Below, piece after piece: positions 11,968 to 25,594 of a stretch of DNA of 64,000 nucleotides. Origin of the DNA: Chrysomallon squamiferum (Eukaryota > Animalia > Mollusca); the NCBI GenBank assembly GCA_012295275.1, contig CM022669.1, positions 12,276,001 to 12,340,000 on the forward strand, in the 5' to 3' direction. The notes under the pieces are model-generated. The model saw only the letters and a list, made by a program, of their open reading frames with translations. It made no database searches and was not told where the DNA came from. Every line of letters begins with the position of its first letter. Position 1 is the stretch's first letter. Position numbers and translations under genes: made by a program.

Positions 11968-14493
11968 GTGAGTATTCATTTCCTTTCTTTTTATTTAAAA
12001 CTTGAAATAAAAATGAAATTTTATCTTAGCTTCAGGAGCTTTTGATGTGAAATAGTGCATCAATTATCAATTAAAAAAATATTTGAAATTTAGAAAAATA
12101 ATAATTCTTACAATCTTTAAAAAATGCTTAATGAATCCAGTTTAAAAAAAAAAAAAGGTTAAACAGATTTGTTTTCAAAAATTACTCTAAAGTGGACTAG
12201 TTATTTGAAATTGAACTAATTTTACAGTGTATATCAACAATATTCATTAAAAAAAAATATAAAAAATAATAAACATATGTAATATGAATTATAACATTAT
12301 TTTCAGTAAGTTTAATACTATTATAACACAGTGTCATACTTGTAAAAATAAAAAATAAATTAAACCTTTCTTTTTGATGGTAATTCTTGTTGCAGTGAAT
12401 AACCGATTATTTGTATGTTGAGACAGTCCACATATTAATATAAAGAATAACATATAATATTAAAAATTTCTTTTATTCTCAGGTAAAAATCAAAGCGTGA
12501 ACAAGTGATCTGACTGCAGCATCTGACATTAAACGCGTACAGCCAATATATTTTCTTCAACCCACGCATCAGTATCTTGAACACCCCAAATATATTTTTT
12601 AGAAGAACAGCATTTTTGCTTACACCAAAATCAATTAATATAATAAACAAAATCTACAGCTTATTTTGGCACACAGAATCGTGATGTGAAACGTTAATAT
12701 GAGAGAGAAATGCGGGCTTGAAAATGTTACGAGTCTGGTATTTTGTTGGGTTTTTCTGTTTATTGTTATGCATCATATATCGCAAAAATATTATTTAAAA
12801 AAAAATACAAATTCAGACTTCACTTTAATCTGTTATGTTAATGAGAATTCATTTTAGCATTGTATATGTTCTATTGCATTTGGATGCTTTGTAAATTTGA
12901 TTTGCTTCTGGGCATTCTGATTTACCTTGCCATATTTTCATTACTGACGTTATGCAGGTTTGCTGGAGTCCATACATATATATAAATATATATCCAAGAT
13001 AAATACAGATATATCAAACAAACAAAATGTGTAAGTAATAAAGATAAGAGATGCAGTGTTATACTAGAATATATATTTTCAACTACAGAATCTTTTTCGT
13101 ATCAAATGACTGAATTTCTTTCATTCCTTTTTTTTTTCTATTTTTTAAAGGAAATTATTTTGTAATGTTTTAAAATATCAGGTTTCTGTTACAATTATAA
13201 ATGGTTTATTTACATAAGTTAAATACGGATTTTAATATAGGTTCTTTGGATTCTGAATTTATCCATTTTAGAATTATTTTATGCACTACATTTTAGGATA
13301 ATCTAAGTGGATATGATCCAAAGGATATATCGTTTTTCAGAGTAAAGGGAAAATAATTTTAAAAAAGAACAAAATGTGAGGAAAAATATTTAGGATGCAA
13401 AAACAAATTGCTAAAAATTAATTTTTGAAAAGGAAAGAGTTATTGAATCCAAGAATAATTTGTAAATTATGAAATTACATTTTAATTAATATTCAAGAGT
13501 TCATTGGGTTTTTTTTTCTTCAGACTTTATAAATATGTCTATATACATTGAATAATTAAATTCCTACTATCAGTTATTATGTAAACATCATTTTTTTGTT
13601 ACAAAACATTCTTACACACACACACACACGCTCACACACACACACATCAAATACACTCGTGTTTATTAAAAACATACCTTGAAAACTGAACGGTGATAAA
13701 TATTTAATTTTCTTCGTCTGCTGAACCCTGTGTTTATCTGTCAACCAAAGAATTATTTCTGTAAATAAGTTTTGTGTTTATTCTTAATACCATAATGAAA
13801 GAATAATGTGACAAAAAAATATACTCGTGGTGATTTGATGAATAACAAGAATACATTTTGTGTACAGTACATTCAGGTGATCAGATCATTTTTTTTTTTT
13901 AAACAAAATAATGAAGTATCTTATATGAAAGCTAAGATAAACCTTTTTCTACTGTTCATTTAATATAATTATTTTGTTCATATCGACGTAAACAAAATAT
14001 ATTCATCCTTTTTTCATTTTCATCATCATGTTCATTTTAACATGTGATAAATATATTAGTCTGTATGTATATGTAGACTGAAACAGAAGCTGTACATTTT
14101 ATTATTAACTAAAGAAAATGAAATAACCCTAACTATTTTGGAATCGAAACATGTTGTGTTTTTATTGCAAATATATGTTAATCTGTTACTACATGTTCCA
14201 GTTAATGAAATTAATATTTAAGAATTTCTTTGTTAAATATTGTATTAATTGAATGAATTATGAATTTTGTAAAATGAAATAAATAGTATTCTGATTAAAA
14301 AATTTTTTTCTTCATTAGATAAATTAGCATTTTTTTTTCCAGTGATAGATTTTTTTCTCAGTCTCTTAAATGATTTCAGCAGTTGTTTACAACTTGTTAT
14401 TATTTTTGCAATTTTAGTTGTAGTTTGCCACAGCTTAATCCTGTTCACAATTTTTTTTTGTTAATGACAATTACAATTATCATTATCATTATC

Positions 14494-14527
<34 letters not shown>

Positions 14528-15925
14528 CTATTATTATTATTTTGTTACAGACAATGGTATTCAGAAAATAGTATTCTAGTCTTTAAAGTTTTTTTTTTTG
14601 TTTTTTTCTATATTATTTTTTTGTTCTTGACATTGGATTTTTAAAGTTCTAAAACAATTTTACATTTTTATTCATGTCAGCAAAATTAAACTTTTTAATT
14701 CCAGCACATCTTTAACCTTTGTATAAAGGACACTGTCGTTTTAAGCTATTCAGAGGTTGGTTTAAGCAGGTTTTAATATAAATACATTTCAGATGTTGTG
14801 TAAAATGGTGGATCTCTAGGTAAAGCTGTGAGAAAATCCAGTGTATATAGAAAATACTAATATATGTATATATAGGATAGAACTGGTTAAACATATTCTT
14901 ATTATTTATGATAATTATAAAATATTTCAAAATATATTTCTCAAACATTCTGTCTGTCACAGTTGCTTCCCTTGTAGGAAATCTTCACAGGTTGTTAATT
15001 TAAAAAAAAAATTATTATCAATTTTTTTTTTTTTTTTTTATTTTTGTTGTTTGTTTTTTGTTTTTTTAATTTTTTTTTGCGTGTAGACTTTTTTTTACTG
15101 ACAGCAAAAAAACTTAAAAATTCTGGGTTACATAATACATCAGCAGTTACACAAAAATACATAGTTCAGATCAGTGACAAATATTTTTGTTTTTGTTGTG
15201 AAATGTGTGTGAGTTCAGAGTTTCATCTTTATAATTTTATATTTCTTGCAACATTTTAAAATTCATAAACATTAAATCCTTTCTTTGCTTGTATATATTT
15301 TAGGCTATCAGAGTGAAAGTTTATGTTTTGGATCTAGTTATCATAGCAATGATACAAGAGTCCTCAGTAGCACATACTAGAATTTTAATTATCACAGGGA
15401 ATTTATATGGAATTTAATCAGATACAAAATAGAAGTAAAAATAAATTTAAAATATAATCTCTGTAGACTGTTTTGTAAATGAAAACTATTAGTGAACATT
15501 TTCTGGTTTATTTTTAAGAAATTTTATTTTTTTAGTATTCTTCATTATTTTCTCTTTAACTTTGATTGCTAATTTGATCTTGAAAAAGGAAAATGATTTA
15601 TATTCTTTTCTCTTTTTCTTTCTAGCAGTAATAATTTTGAAGTTTGCCAGAAGAATGAATGATAGCAAATGTCTTATTAGTTTTAGAGAAAATTTAATAT
15701 TCTGAATAATTTCTTATAATATCTACAGATTGACCATTACTGTGCCAGTAACACTGGAAGTGAGATAAGCTACCACAGTTAATTGTTATTAAATGAAAAA
15801 AGAAGAAAACACTTAATGAAAAGGAAATAACATTTTAGTTAAAAAACAATTTAATTGCAAATTGTACCAGTTATTTCTTTGAAAATTTATTAAATTATTA
15901 AATATATTGACGAAAAGAAAAAAGA

Positions 15926-15957
<32 letters not shown>

Positions 15958-16223
15958 TTATATATTATTATTATTATTATTATTATTATCATTTTATGAA
16001 TTGAAAGTTATAGAATAAACACAGCAAACATGGTTGTTTAGCATAGCTGTGACACAAAAAATTAAAAACTAATGTGCTGTCAAAGCAGTTAAAATAAGAG
16101 TTGAACTGATCAGTAGAAACTAGAAACACAGCGTTCACTAGAAAGAAAAATTTGTATATATATGTCCAAAAAATATATATATGTTTGCATTGAATAAGAA
16201 ACTGTCCTTGCTCAAGATCATTT

Positions 16224-16615
16224 GTGGAATGTACAAAAAAATAATAATGTGTTTATTTAAAATATAATTTTAATTAATTGTGAATACTGGTATTAAGGGT
16301 GGAATGTACAAAATCAGAATAATGTAGTGTTTATTTGAAATACAGTTTTAATTAATTGAATACTGGTATTATGATTGGAATGTACAAAATTAGAATAATG
16401 TGTTGTTTATTTAAAATATGGTTTTAGTTAACTGAATACTGGTATTAAGAGTGGAATGTACAAAATCAGAATAATCTAGTTTTATTTAAAATTTAATTTT
16501 AATTAATTGAATACTGGTATTAAGAATGGAATGTACAAAATCAGAATAATGTAGTATTTATTTAAAATACAGTTTTAATTAACTGAGAATACAGGTATGA
16601 AGAGTGCAATGAAAA
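16224..16615. repeat. Minisatellite, about 5 copies of a 75-76 bp unit
   Basis: Units start at 16224, 16299, 16375, 16451 and 16526 (partial at 16604). Consensus is approximately GTGGAATGTACAAAATCAGAATAATGTAGTGTTTATTTAAAATACAGTTTTAATTAATTGAATACTGGTATTAAGA. Confidence 0.93.
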
Positions 16616-19600
16616 AAATAGAACAAAATTGAGGATGTTATGTTCCAAGTTATATGTAGTTGATTCATGTTTGTGAAACTGAAAAAACACATTGTTGAAG
16701 TAATTATGTTTTATTTCTGAGTGACAGTTTTGAATGGAATGAGAAAGAAAGAACAAATTTCTTAGAGGTAAAGATGCAGTTCTAAGTTGAACTGCATTTT
16801 AATCATATGGTTCAAGTTTGTGTGATTGTAAAATACGATTGTAGAAATCAAGCTGATTTTGTGTTTTATTTGCATGAAACATAAATTTACACAACTGGGC
16901 TTGTATGATAAAATGGGTTGCAAATGATGGAATGTAGATACTGTGAAAGACAAAGATAGTGTTCTGAATTGTATGTATTTCACTGAAATGGTTGTTTGTG
17001 GAACAATGCTTAAAATTTTTTTAGTTTTATTTCATTAAGACATTTATTTACAGTAGATTTTTTGGTATGAGATATTGGAATGTAAATAATATGAACTAAA
17101 TTCAGTGATATGAATGAAGGTACTGTACTAACACACGTGTAATTCAATATCTAGTTTCAATTAGTGAAATGAAATTGTCAGGTTCGTTGAATATTTGTTT
17201 TGTTTAATTAAAATGTGTTTATGTAACTATGGATACTGGTGAAATAATATAACTTACAATACAGTAGATAAATGACAGTGTATAAAAGATTTCTTGAAGA
17301 ATATTCTTAGGTTTTTATATTGAATTTTAATTATCCATGTTGAATGTAATGGATCAAAATGTTTTTAAATGGTAATATTATTAACTTGTTTTATTAATAT
17401 TTAAAATGTGTATATTTAATATTAATGATAAATTAACATTTAGCAGTTAATATTAATACTAATATATTAATATAGAAAAAATATATATATATAATTATTA
17501 TTAATAATAAATTAACATTCAGCAGTAAATATTAGTAGTAATTTCCATTGTTTTTTTTTTGTTTTTTTTTAATTTTAATTAAAAAAAATAACGTGTTTGG
17601 ATTGAATTTATATTGAATTAAATGAAAAATAAATGTCAAAAAAAAAAAAAAAATTAAAATGTTTTGATGGTGCTACCTTAGTTAAGTTCTGTTATTAATG
17701 TTTCAAATGAATTTTAGAAAACTTTATAAAGTTGTATTACAAATTATTACTATTAAAATAATGTGTAAAAATGTGTTGTTAAATAACAGTGTGTTACAGA
17801 ATATTTAAATGTGTTGTTAAATAACATTGTGCTACAATTTCAATACCATGGTAAATAGTTCATCTTTAGTTTTAAATACAGTTAGTTAAAAATGTGTCAT
17901 CTTTAAATAAAACGTAGAAATTTCTTGACTGTTATTAAATACAGGTATTATTTTCAAAAAAATATATTGTTTATCCTAAAATTACAATGTTCAAATATGT
18001 GTTCATTAAATAGAATGTTAAATTTTGTCATACTTTGCCCATTTTGAATTTAGGTCACATAGTTGTGTAGGTGTGGCCATATTTTTCTTCATAAAGTTCA
18101 TGTTAAAAAATAAATATCACTGGACAAAAAATTCTGTTCACAATAAAATCTTCATAATGAAAGGAAATAAAATGATAATTATTTGTTTGTTTATTTACCA
18201 TTTTTAAAATATTTTATTATTATTTTTTTTTTTTAATGTGGATGTCATAAAATAACATTCATATTAGAAAAAAATAAAAATAAAAATAAAAAATTTATAA
18301 TAAATAAATAAATAAATAATTTCTGCCAGTCTTTTTCTTTTATTTCATTTTATTATTATTATTATTTGTTTATTTATTTATTTATGTATATTTAAAAACA
18401 ATTTTTTTTTAATAATAACATGATTTGATAAAATGTAATTCTAATTCTTGTTAGCAATTTCTTCAATTTTTTTTAATTTTTTTTTAATTTTTGTCAGTTT
18501 TGTGTTCAGATTTCCTAAATGTTTGTGAGCTTTTTATATACATGTTCTTCACACGAGTGACATATAATTATATTGGAGAATACTCAAATTCTTCAGTAAT
18601 ATTTTTAACACATTTTCCAAATCACTCCATTTCTTGCTAAATATAATACTTTAAAGCTCTTTTTTTTTTTTTTTTTTTTAATAATTCCTGTTTCTTACAT
18701 AGTCATTACTGCTTTGGTTGTAACTGCTAAGAATTTTGAGAAGGTAATAAAGAAAGTTTGATACTGTCCATAAAGTTGTCAAATTTTAATATGTTAATGA
18801 GAGGTTGTTCCCACTATAACTGTTAGAGAAAACCTGAAAAACCAAAAGAAAATGAAAAAAAAATTAACTTAAATTAAAATTAAAAAATTAAAATTAAAAA
18901 TAAATATATAAATAAATTAAAAGAATGAAAAGCACAAACATATTTCAACAATGTTACTAAAATGAATTTATTAACCGTGAAAGTAACAAAGAACTGTACC
19001 ACTGTATAGATAAGTTTACATATCTCACATTAAATTTTAAGATATCTCAGGTTAAAATATAAATGAATGTTCATGTTTATTTTATTACATGTTAGTAACT
19101 ATTTCCTGTAGAAACAAAATACCTTGATATTAATATTATGACTCCTACAAACAATTAATAAAACATTGTAAACTAAAAGTTTAAATTTTTTTTTTTTTTA
19201 CATTATTTGATACTTCAAAAATAAAGATAGATCATAAATACTATTAATTTTAACCAGTAACAGATTTCAACTTTCACCAGCTTAATTAAAAATAAAATAT
19301 GTAGCAGTATTCTGGTCAGGTATATATCATTGTGTAATAAATTTCTTTATGGCTTCTTTGTCTGTTAGAGTAATACAAATATTTTAATTTTATAAAGATA
19401 ATATGATGTATATCTATATATATATATATATTTGTACATTTAACTTAGAGCTTATATTGTGCAGCAGTTGCTAGCAGCTTTAATAAAGCTCTTTTTGAAG
19501 ATATGTAAATAAAGTTGTCATAAAATGTTTCTTCTTCTTGTATTTCTTTTCAACTTGTTTTTATATTGTAAATTTTTTTATATTTTTTTATCTTTTGAAA

Positions 19601-20269
19601 TCTCATAAAAAAAAAAAATGAATGCATGTTCGTTGATAATATTGAAGCTATCATCACAGAATAGTAAAAAAAAAAAAAAAAATGATAATGGTAAAAAAAA
19701 TAACAACACATTTTCTAGGAAAAAAAACCCACACAAAAATAACATTTCCCACATAACCAATAAACCCCAAAATAAATCAACACTATCAGATTTAATTTTT
19801 TACCTGACCTCATTTATATCAGTTCATTGTATATAAAAAATACTTAGATATGCATTATACATATACTGTGTATATATATATATGTAAACAGTTGTTATGT
19901 ATACATACATGTACACACACACACAATCAATAATCTGTCATAAGTAGATTGATAAAAAAAACATTTTCAAAAAAAAAAAATAGTAAAAAATACATATAAA
20001 AAAAGAAAAAGTAAACCATTGTTTTTAAAATATTCTGTTCATTAACTCAAATAAATAAACCTTGAGTTTTAAAATATTTCTTGCCTTTTCTTTTGAATTA
20101 ATTAATAATACCAAGTCTTAGAGGTAAAGCCACTATTTCTGATTTTGCAGTTAAGGCAATGGCATTCTAAAAGATTAACAGGTAGGAATTGTCAAAGAGT
20201 AACAACTACTACAAGCAGTAGTAGTGGTAGTAATAATAATGAACACAATTAACAATGTTTTGATAATGC

Positions 20270-20300
<31 letters not shown>

Positions 20301-20666
20301 ACATTATCAAAATATATTTTCTGAATATTTTATTTTTCCAAATTACTAAAAAAAATATTTTTGAGAACAATACATAAGATATGTACATGGTTGAAAATGA
20401 CTAAGACAAAGTATGACTTCAGAATACTGAGCATAATATGTGTGTGCAAGTGTTGAAACTGTACCAAACTATGTGAAATTAATAAAAATAATAATAATAA
20501 TAAATATAAATAAAAAAATAAATAATATAAATAATAAAAAATAATAAAAAGGAAAGAAAACTGTAAACATAAAGAATAAAATATACAAATAATAATAATA
20601 AATAAATAAATATAGAAAAATAATAAAAATAAGTCATAAAAAAAAATAAAAAATAATGTAAAAATA

Positions 20667-20668
<2 letters not shown>

Positions 20669-20730
<62 letters not shown>
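20669..20730. repeat. (AAT)n microsatellite
   Basis: Direct reading. Confidence 0.9.
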
Positions 20731-20736
<6 letters not shown>

Positions 20737-21361
20737 ATACTTAAATAAACAATTTGCACTAGCAAACTGATTAAGCCTTCAGAGTAAAGAATAGCAGCTT
20801 CTTGGATTGAAAGTCGGAATCCTGTTTTGAGACTTATTTGTTGACAAGTAAAATCATTGCAAGTTTTCTAAGCTTAACTAATCTTTTATCTTGGATGTTT
20901 AAATCAGACTACTGGAATATTGGTGTGCTTGAATATTCTCTGCAAGTTACTACATTTCAGACAGTTAATTGAATTACATTCAATAGTAATTAAACATTAT
21001 ATATATATATATATATAAAAAGTTTAACTACTATTTAATGTAATATAATATAAATTAAATAATAATATATAAAAACAAAATAAAAACAGTAACTTCACAT
21101 AATTACATTTATTTTGAAAATATTTACTATGTAAAAAAATCCATAATTTTGAGTTTAGCAAGTCTAATTTGATTTTCACAATTACAAAAAAAAAAAAAAA
21201 AAAAAAAAAAATGAAAAGAATTTGAAAATGCCTTACAGGCAGACGAAAATATTATTATTCATAATAATTGTTATCTAGATTTGTTTTCCATGATGTGAAA
21301 TTAACAACATAAATTAGTGGATTACATGGCAATGACATCCATAATATATGAATAATTATAA

Positions 21362-21364
<3 letters not shown>

Positions 21365-21415
<51 letters not shown>
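21365..21415. repeat. (TG)n microsatellite
   Basis: Direct reading. Confidence 0.9.
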
Positions 21416-21417
<2 letters not shown>

Positions 21418-23738
21418 ATAATACATATTTATACTAGATAATTTTAAGATATGTAAAATGACTTACAGCAACGTCCACATGAATAAATAATGCTGAACAC
21501 AATATTTCTACATCAACATAATCTGATTAAAATCTAATCTGATAATCTTCATTACAAACAGATTAAGAGCTGATTTGTGAATACATTCTGTTAAGAATAG
21601 GATGAAAGGATAGAATATATTTTTATGCAAATTTTTTTTTTTTTTTTTTTAAATAGATTGAAAAAATATAAATTCAAAGTAATTCCATTATTTATAATCA
21701 TTTTGAATAGTTGTTAGTATAATTAATTAACAGCATTACTATTACCATATTAAGTGACATCAATAACATAAGTCTGAAATGCTTTGAACTTGAAGTAATT
21801 ATATTTTAAAATTATAAATACTCTTTTTAGTTTTTATAAAATAAATAAATGGAGTGTAATTATCAGAATATATATTAAAATATATAGTATGTTATTTACT
21901 TCTTTTCTTTTTAAAAGTAACAAAATAAAACAAAACAGAATGAAATGAGGAAAGAAAAAAGAATAAAAGACAAAGAAAACGAATTTAGTCTCAAAAATAA
22001 AAATACAATTATAATAAACGTAAGAACTGATTTAGTGTTATTTGATTTTATACATTTATATTATTTTTCAAAAATTTAAAAATTCTTTGTTTACAATACA
22101 CAAAATATCAGCTGCTCATATTTATGCTGCTTGTTTTCTTAATTTACATTTAGCAAAATATTATTAAGGTATCAAAATAACTTATACAATATCCTGAGTC
22201 ATGACTTAAAAAAGGTTAGAACAAGAACAAAACTGACATAAACAGTTAGAAAGAAAAAAAACAAAACAAAAAAAACCCCCAAAAACTGAGACACAACCTA
22301 TAATTTAATAATTTAATAAAATAATTAATAATAATAAGCATAATAATATAATGATAATAATAATAATATAATGATAATATCAAACTGCATTATGTTCCAA
22401 TAGAAACATTTTTATGAGATCTTAATAAAATTGTCCTACAGTGAAAAATTGTGTACCCTGTTCTTTCTGGAATGCTGGAGAGTGACTATTTCAAATAGGT
22501 TCTGAATGAATTGACTATAAAACTTTGACATTTAAGGGAAAAATTTGAAAAAATAAATGTTTAACAAAATAATAGCATTTTCCTTTATTTAAAAAAAAAA
22601 AAAAAAAAAAAAAAAATAAAAATAAAATAAAAAATAAAAAGTTAAAAAGAAAAAAAGAGAAGAAAAAATGTATTTAATATTATTTTGACAAATCATTTAT
22701 CATTCTTATCCATGAACTGGTTTCAAGGTCCAGAAGAATATAAACAAGAGAAACAAAGTCAATATTCCTACTTAAGTTATGACTCAGTTTGTATATCTCA
22801 TTTCCTGTCCTCATAAAGATTTGATAAAGAAAAATACAACATCAAGTTTTAAATTTACTATGTTTTATAAAAAAAAAAATCATAAAATGATATTCATGAT
22901 AGTTTTTCACTAATAAACACTATGTTTTATTTTTCTCTATTAAAATACCATTAACAATATGTCAAAACAATATGGGATTTTTTTTTTTAATACATATATA
23001 TATTTTCTTTTTTATACAAAGCAGAAATACTATACAAATAATATTATTTATAAATAAAGTCAGAATATTATTTTTATTTTGCTAATTTCTGTGAAGGTTA
23101 TAATAAGTATAATTCAGTATTTCAAAATTTAACTACAATTTATACTCAAATAATTAGCATATTTTATTATTATCTATTTAGCTATTATATTTCTTATTAT
23201 TTGATAAATAAATAAATAAAAATCTGGATTATATGTAAACGAGATATAATAGGGTATAACAGTTCAGAAGATAATAGTCAGCCATTCTTAAAACCTAAGT
23301 GTAACATTCTGGCTGTTTATTTTGGCAGTGTAATGCGTCATACTTCATAACTCTGTTTTATGAAATAACAAGGAACAAAATAAACTGAAGATTACAATAA
23401 AAAAAATATAAATAAAATAAAATGAAATAAAATAACATAAAATCCTGTATTCTGAAGATGTACAAAAATTAGTAACAATAAGACACTGCAGGGAGGGAAA
23501 TAGGAAAGATAAAAAATATCTGAATAGATGGAGAACATATTGGTAATAATAACTGGAATTAAATAAATAAATAAATAACATAAAATAGAAGAAAGAAATA
23601 AAATATTGTGAAACAACATTTATCTGCTGAAATATTTCAATGTGTATCTGTACTTGAATAGAAACAAATAAAGAAAACCAAAAAACAAACAACAACAACA
23701 AAACATCATTTTAAATACAGAGTAAGTATAATAAATTC

Positions 23739-23790
23739 AATGTTGCATGACTAATTAATCAAAAATCATGGTATGTTCTCTCCTGCTTAT
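23739..23790 (+). mobile_element. Short decayed fragment of the same SINE as 53721-54030
   Basis: TTAATCAAA-n5-TGGTATGTTCT matches the reverse complement of the SINE body near 53900-53930. Confidence 0.4.
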
Positions 23791-25535
23791 ATCAGTTCTG
23801 TATTGTCTTCATTTTCTTAATTGATCATTAGAAAAAAAAAAGAAAAAAAATTAATAATAATAACAGTGGTAGTAGTAATAGTAGTAGTAGTAATAATAAT
23901 AATAACTAAAAAATTCAATAAAAATAAAAAAGATTTCAAAATTAAAAAAAGGAAGAAAAAGTCCACTGGTTAATATAAAGATTTACTTTCAAGTTTATAT
24001 ATATATATACATCTTTAGCCATTTGCTTTTTGTACTTAGGAGTAATGTTTGACATGTTATAATAAATTTGAATTAAAAAGTAAAAGGCACATTATTTTGA
24101 TGTTTACACTACATTTACAAAAAAATTACAAATTTTGAGCAATTTAAATTTATGTACACAAATATAAAACACAGAAATGAAAATTATACTATTAATTATT
24201 TTAAAAATAAACACAAGCATTGATTACTGAGTCAAAAGGAATGAAATATCAGCTTTAATCTGCCACCAGATACAGCCCTAATAAGAACAAACTATATTTA
24301 GTGTCGTCTGTTGACAGAATAATAGAAAAAATAAAAAAAATAAAACCTTTGTGCATTCTTACAGGCTGTTCTTTATAAAATATTTACTGCAAAATATTAT
24401 TAAATACTGAGGATGGAAAATGAAAAAATTAAAATTAAAGAAAAAGACACATGATCATTGATTATAAATAACAGCAAAGAACCATCACCTACATAATTAT
24501 ATCAAAACAGTCTGCATTTTCACCTGATATGAACATTTCTTAATAACAAATATTATTATTTTAATTCGAACTATATACAGATAATTCATTAGGTAAATAA
24601 TTAGCTTTATCTACATACACTATGATTTCTAATTTGGCTATTTTATGACGCTATTTCATTGTAATTTGATATAAATATATAATTAAAAAAAAAAAAATAA
24701 ATAAAACTCTATACCCAGTTTACAGTTATTTCAATACATAATTAATAATGCCACCTACAAAAAAACCTATTTAATATCAATATTTTAATTATAGAGCATA
24801 TAGAGCATACATTCTTTGGTTAGTAACTATATATCTTGATTTTATCAAACACGCAGAAACTTTGACATGATTGAGAACTGTCACAGAATTATTATTTTTA
24901 TTCTGTTTTTTTTTCACTTTAGTACTTGTTTGCTGATTGATTTTTTTTTTTTATAAATATATATTTAGATTTAAAAAAAAAGAAAAAGTTTATTTATTGT
25001 TATTTTTTAAAATATGATAATCTCTGTTATTGAGACTCATCTGAAAATTAAAAACTGAATTCAGAACCAAGTACATGCACTTTGTACACTGAATTTTTTT
25101 GTAACATTTAATATTTTTTTAGCTGGATTAGATCAATATATTACTATACTTAATGTAATTGTTTATCAAAGTTAGGAGATCAAATTATTTTATCTTTAGA
25201 GCAAAGTTTGTCTTCCTTACTTTAACAGCTGGATTCATCAACTTACAATTTGAATCATATCTGAAAACTTAATAAAAATATATATATCAAATGTACATAG
25301 TCCACATACATGTTATTCATGCACTGTTTAAACTTTTGTTTTTCTGAATTGACAGTTTTATTATTGTTCTGTTAACATTGCAGTTTTAAACTGGAAATAA
25401 CATTATTTTTTCCATGGCCTTCTATTTAATCAAGGCTGAAATATATTTGACACACATTCATTGTAATACTGATTTTTCATTCTTTCTTATTTGATTTCTT
25501 TTTCCTCTTCATGTCTAAAACATAATGTAAGAATT

Positions 25536-25594
25536 TTAGTCGGAATCTTCATCATCACCATAATCATCTGTGTATCTTGATGACCTTGAACCAG
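25536..25594 (-). CDS. OSTF1: OSTF1 exon 8 (acidic tail, stop)
   Basis: [19 protein letters not shown]; TTTCAG acceptor, TAA stop. Confidence 0.94.

Noticed and set aside
16224-16615. CRISPR-like periodicity
   Set aside because: Whole units are homologous with no unique spacers, in a eukaryotic context with no cas genes.
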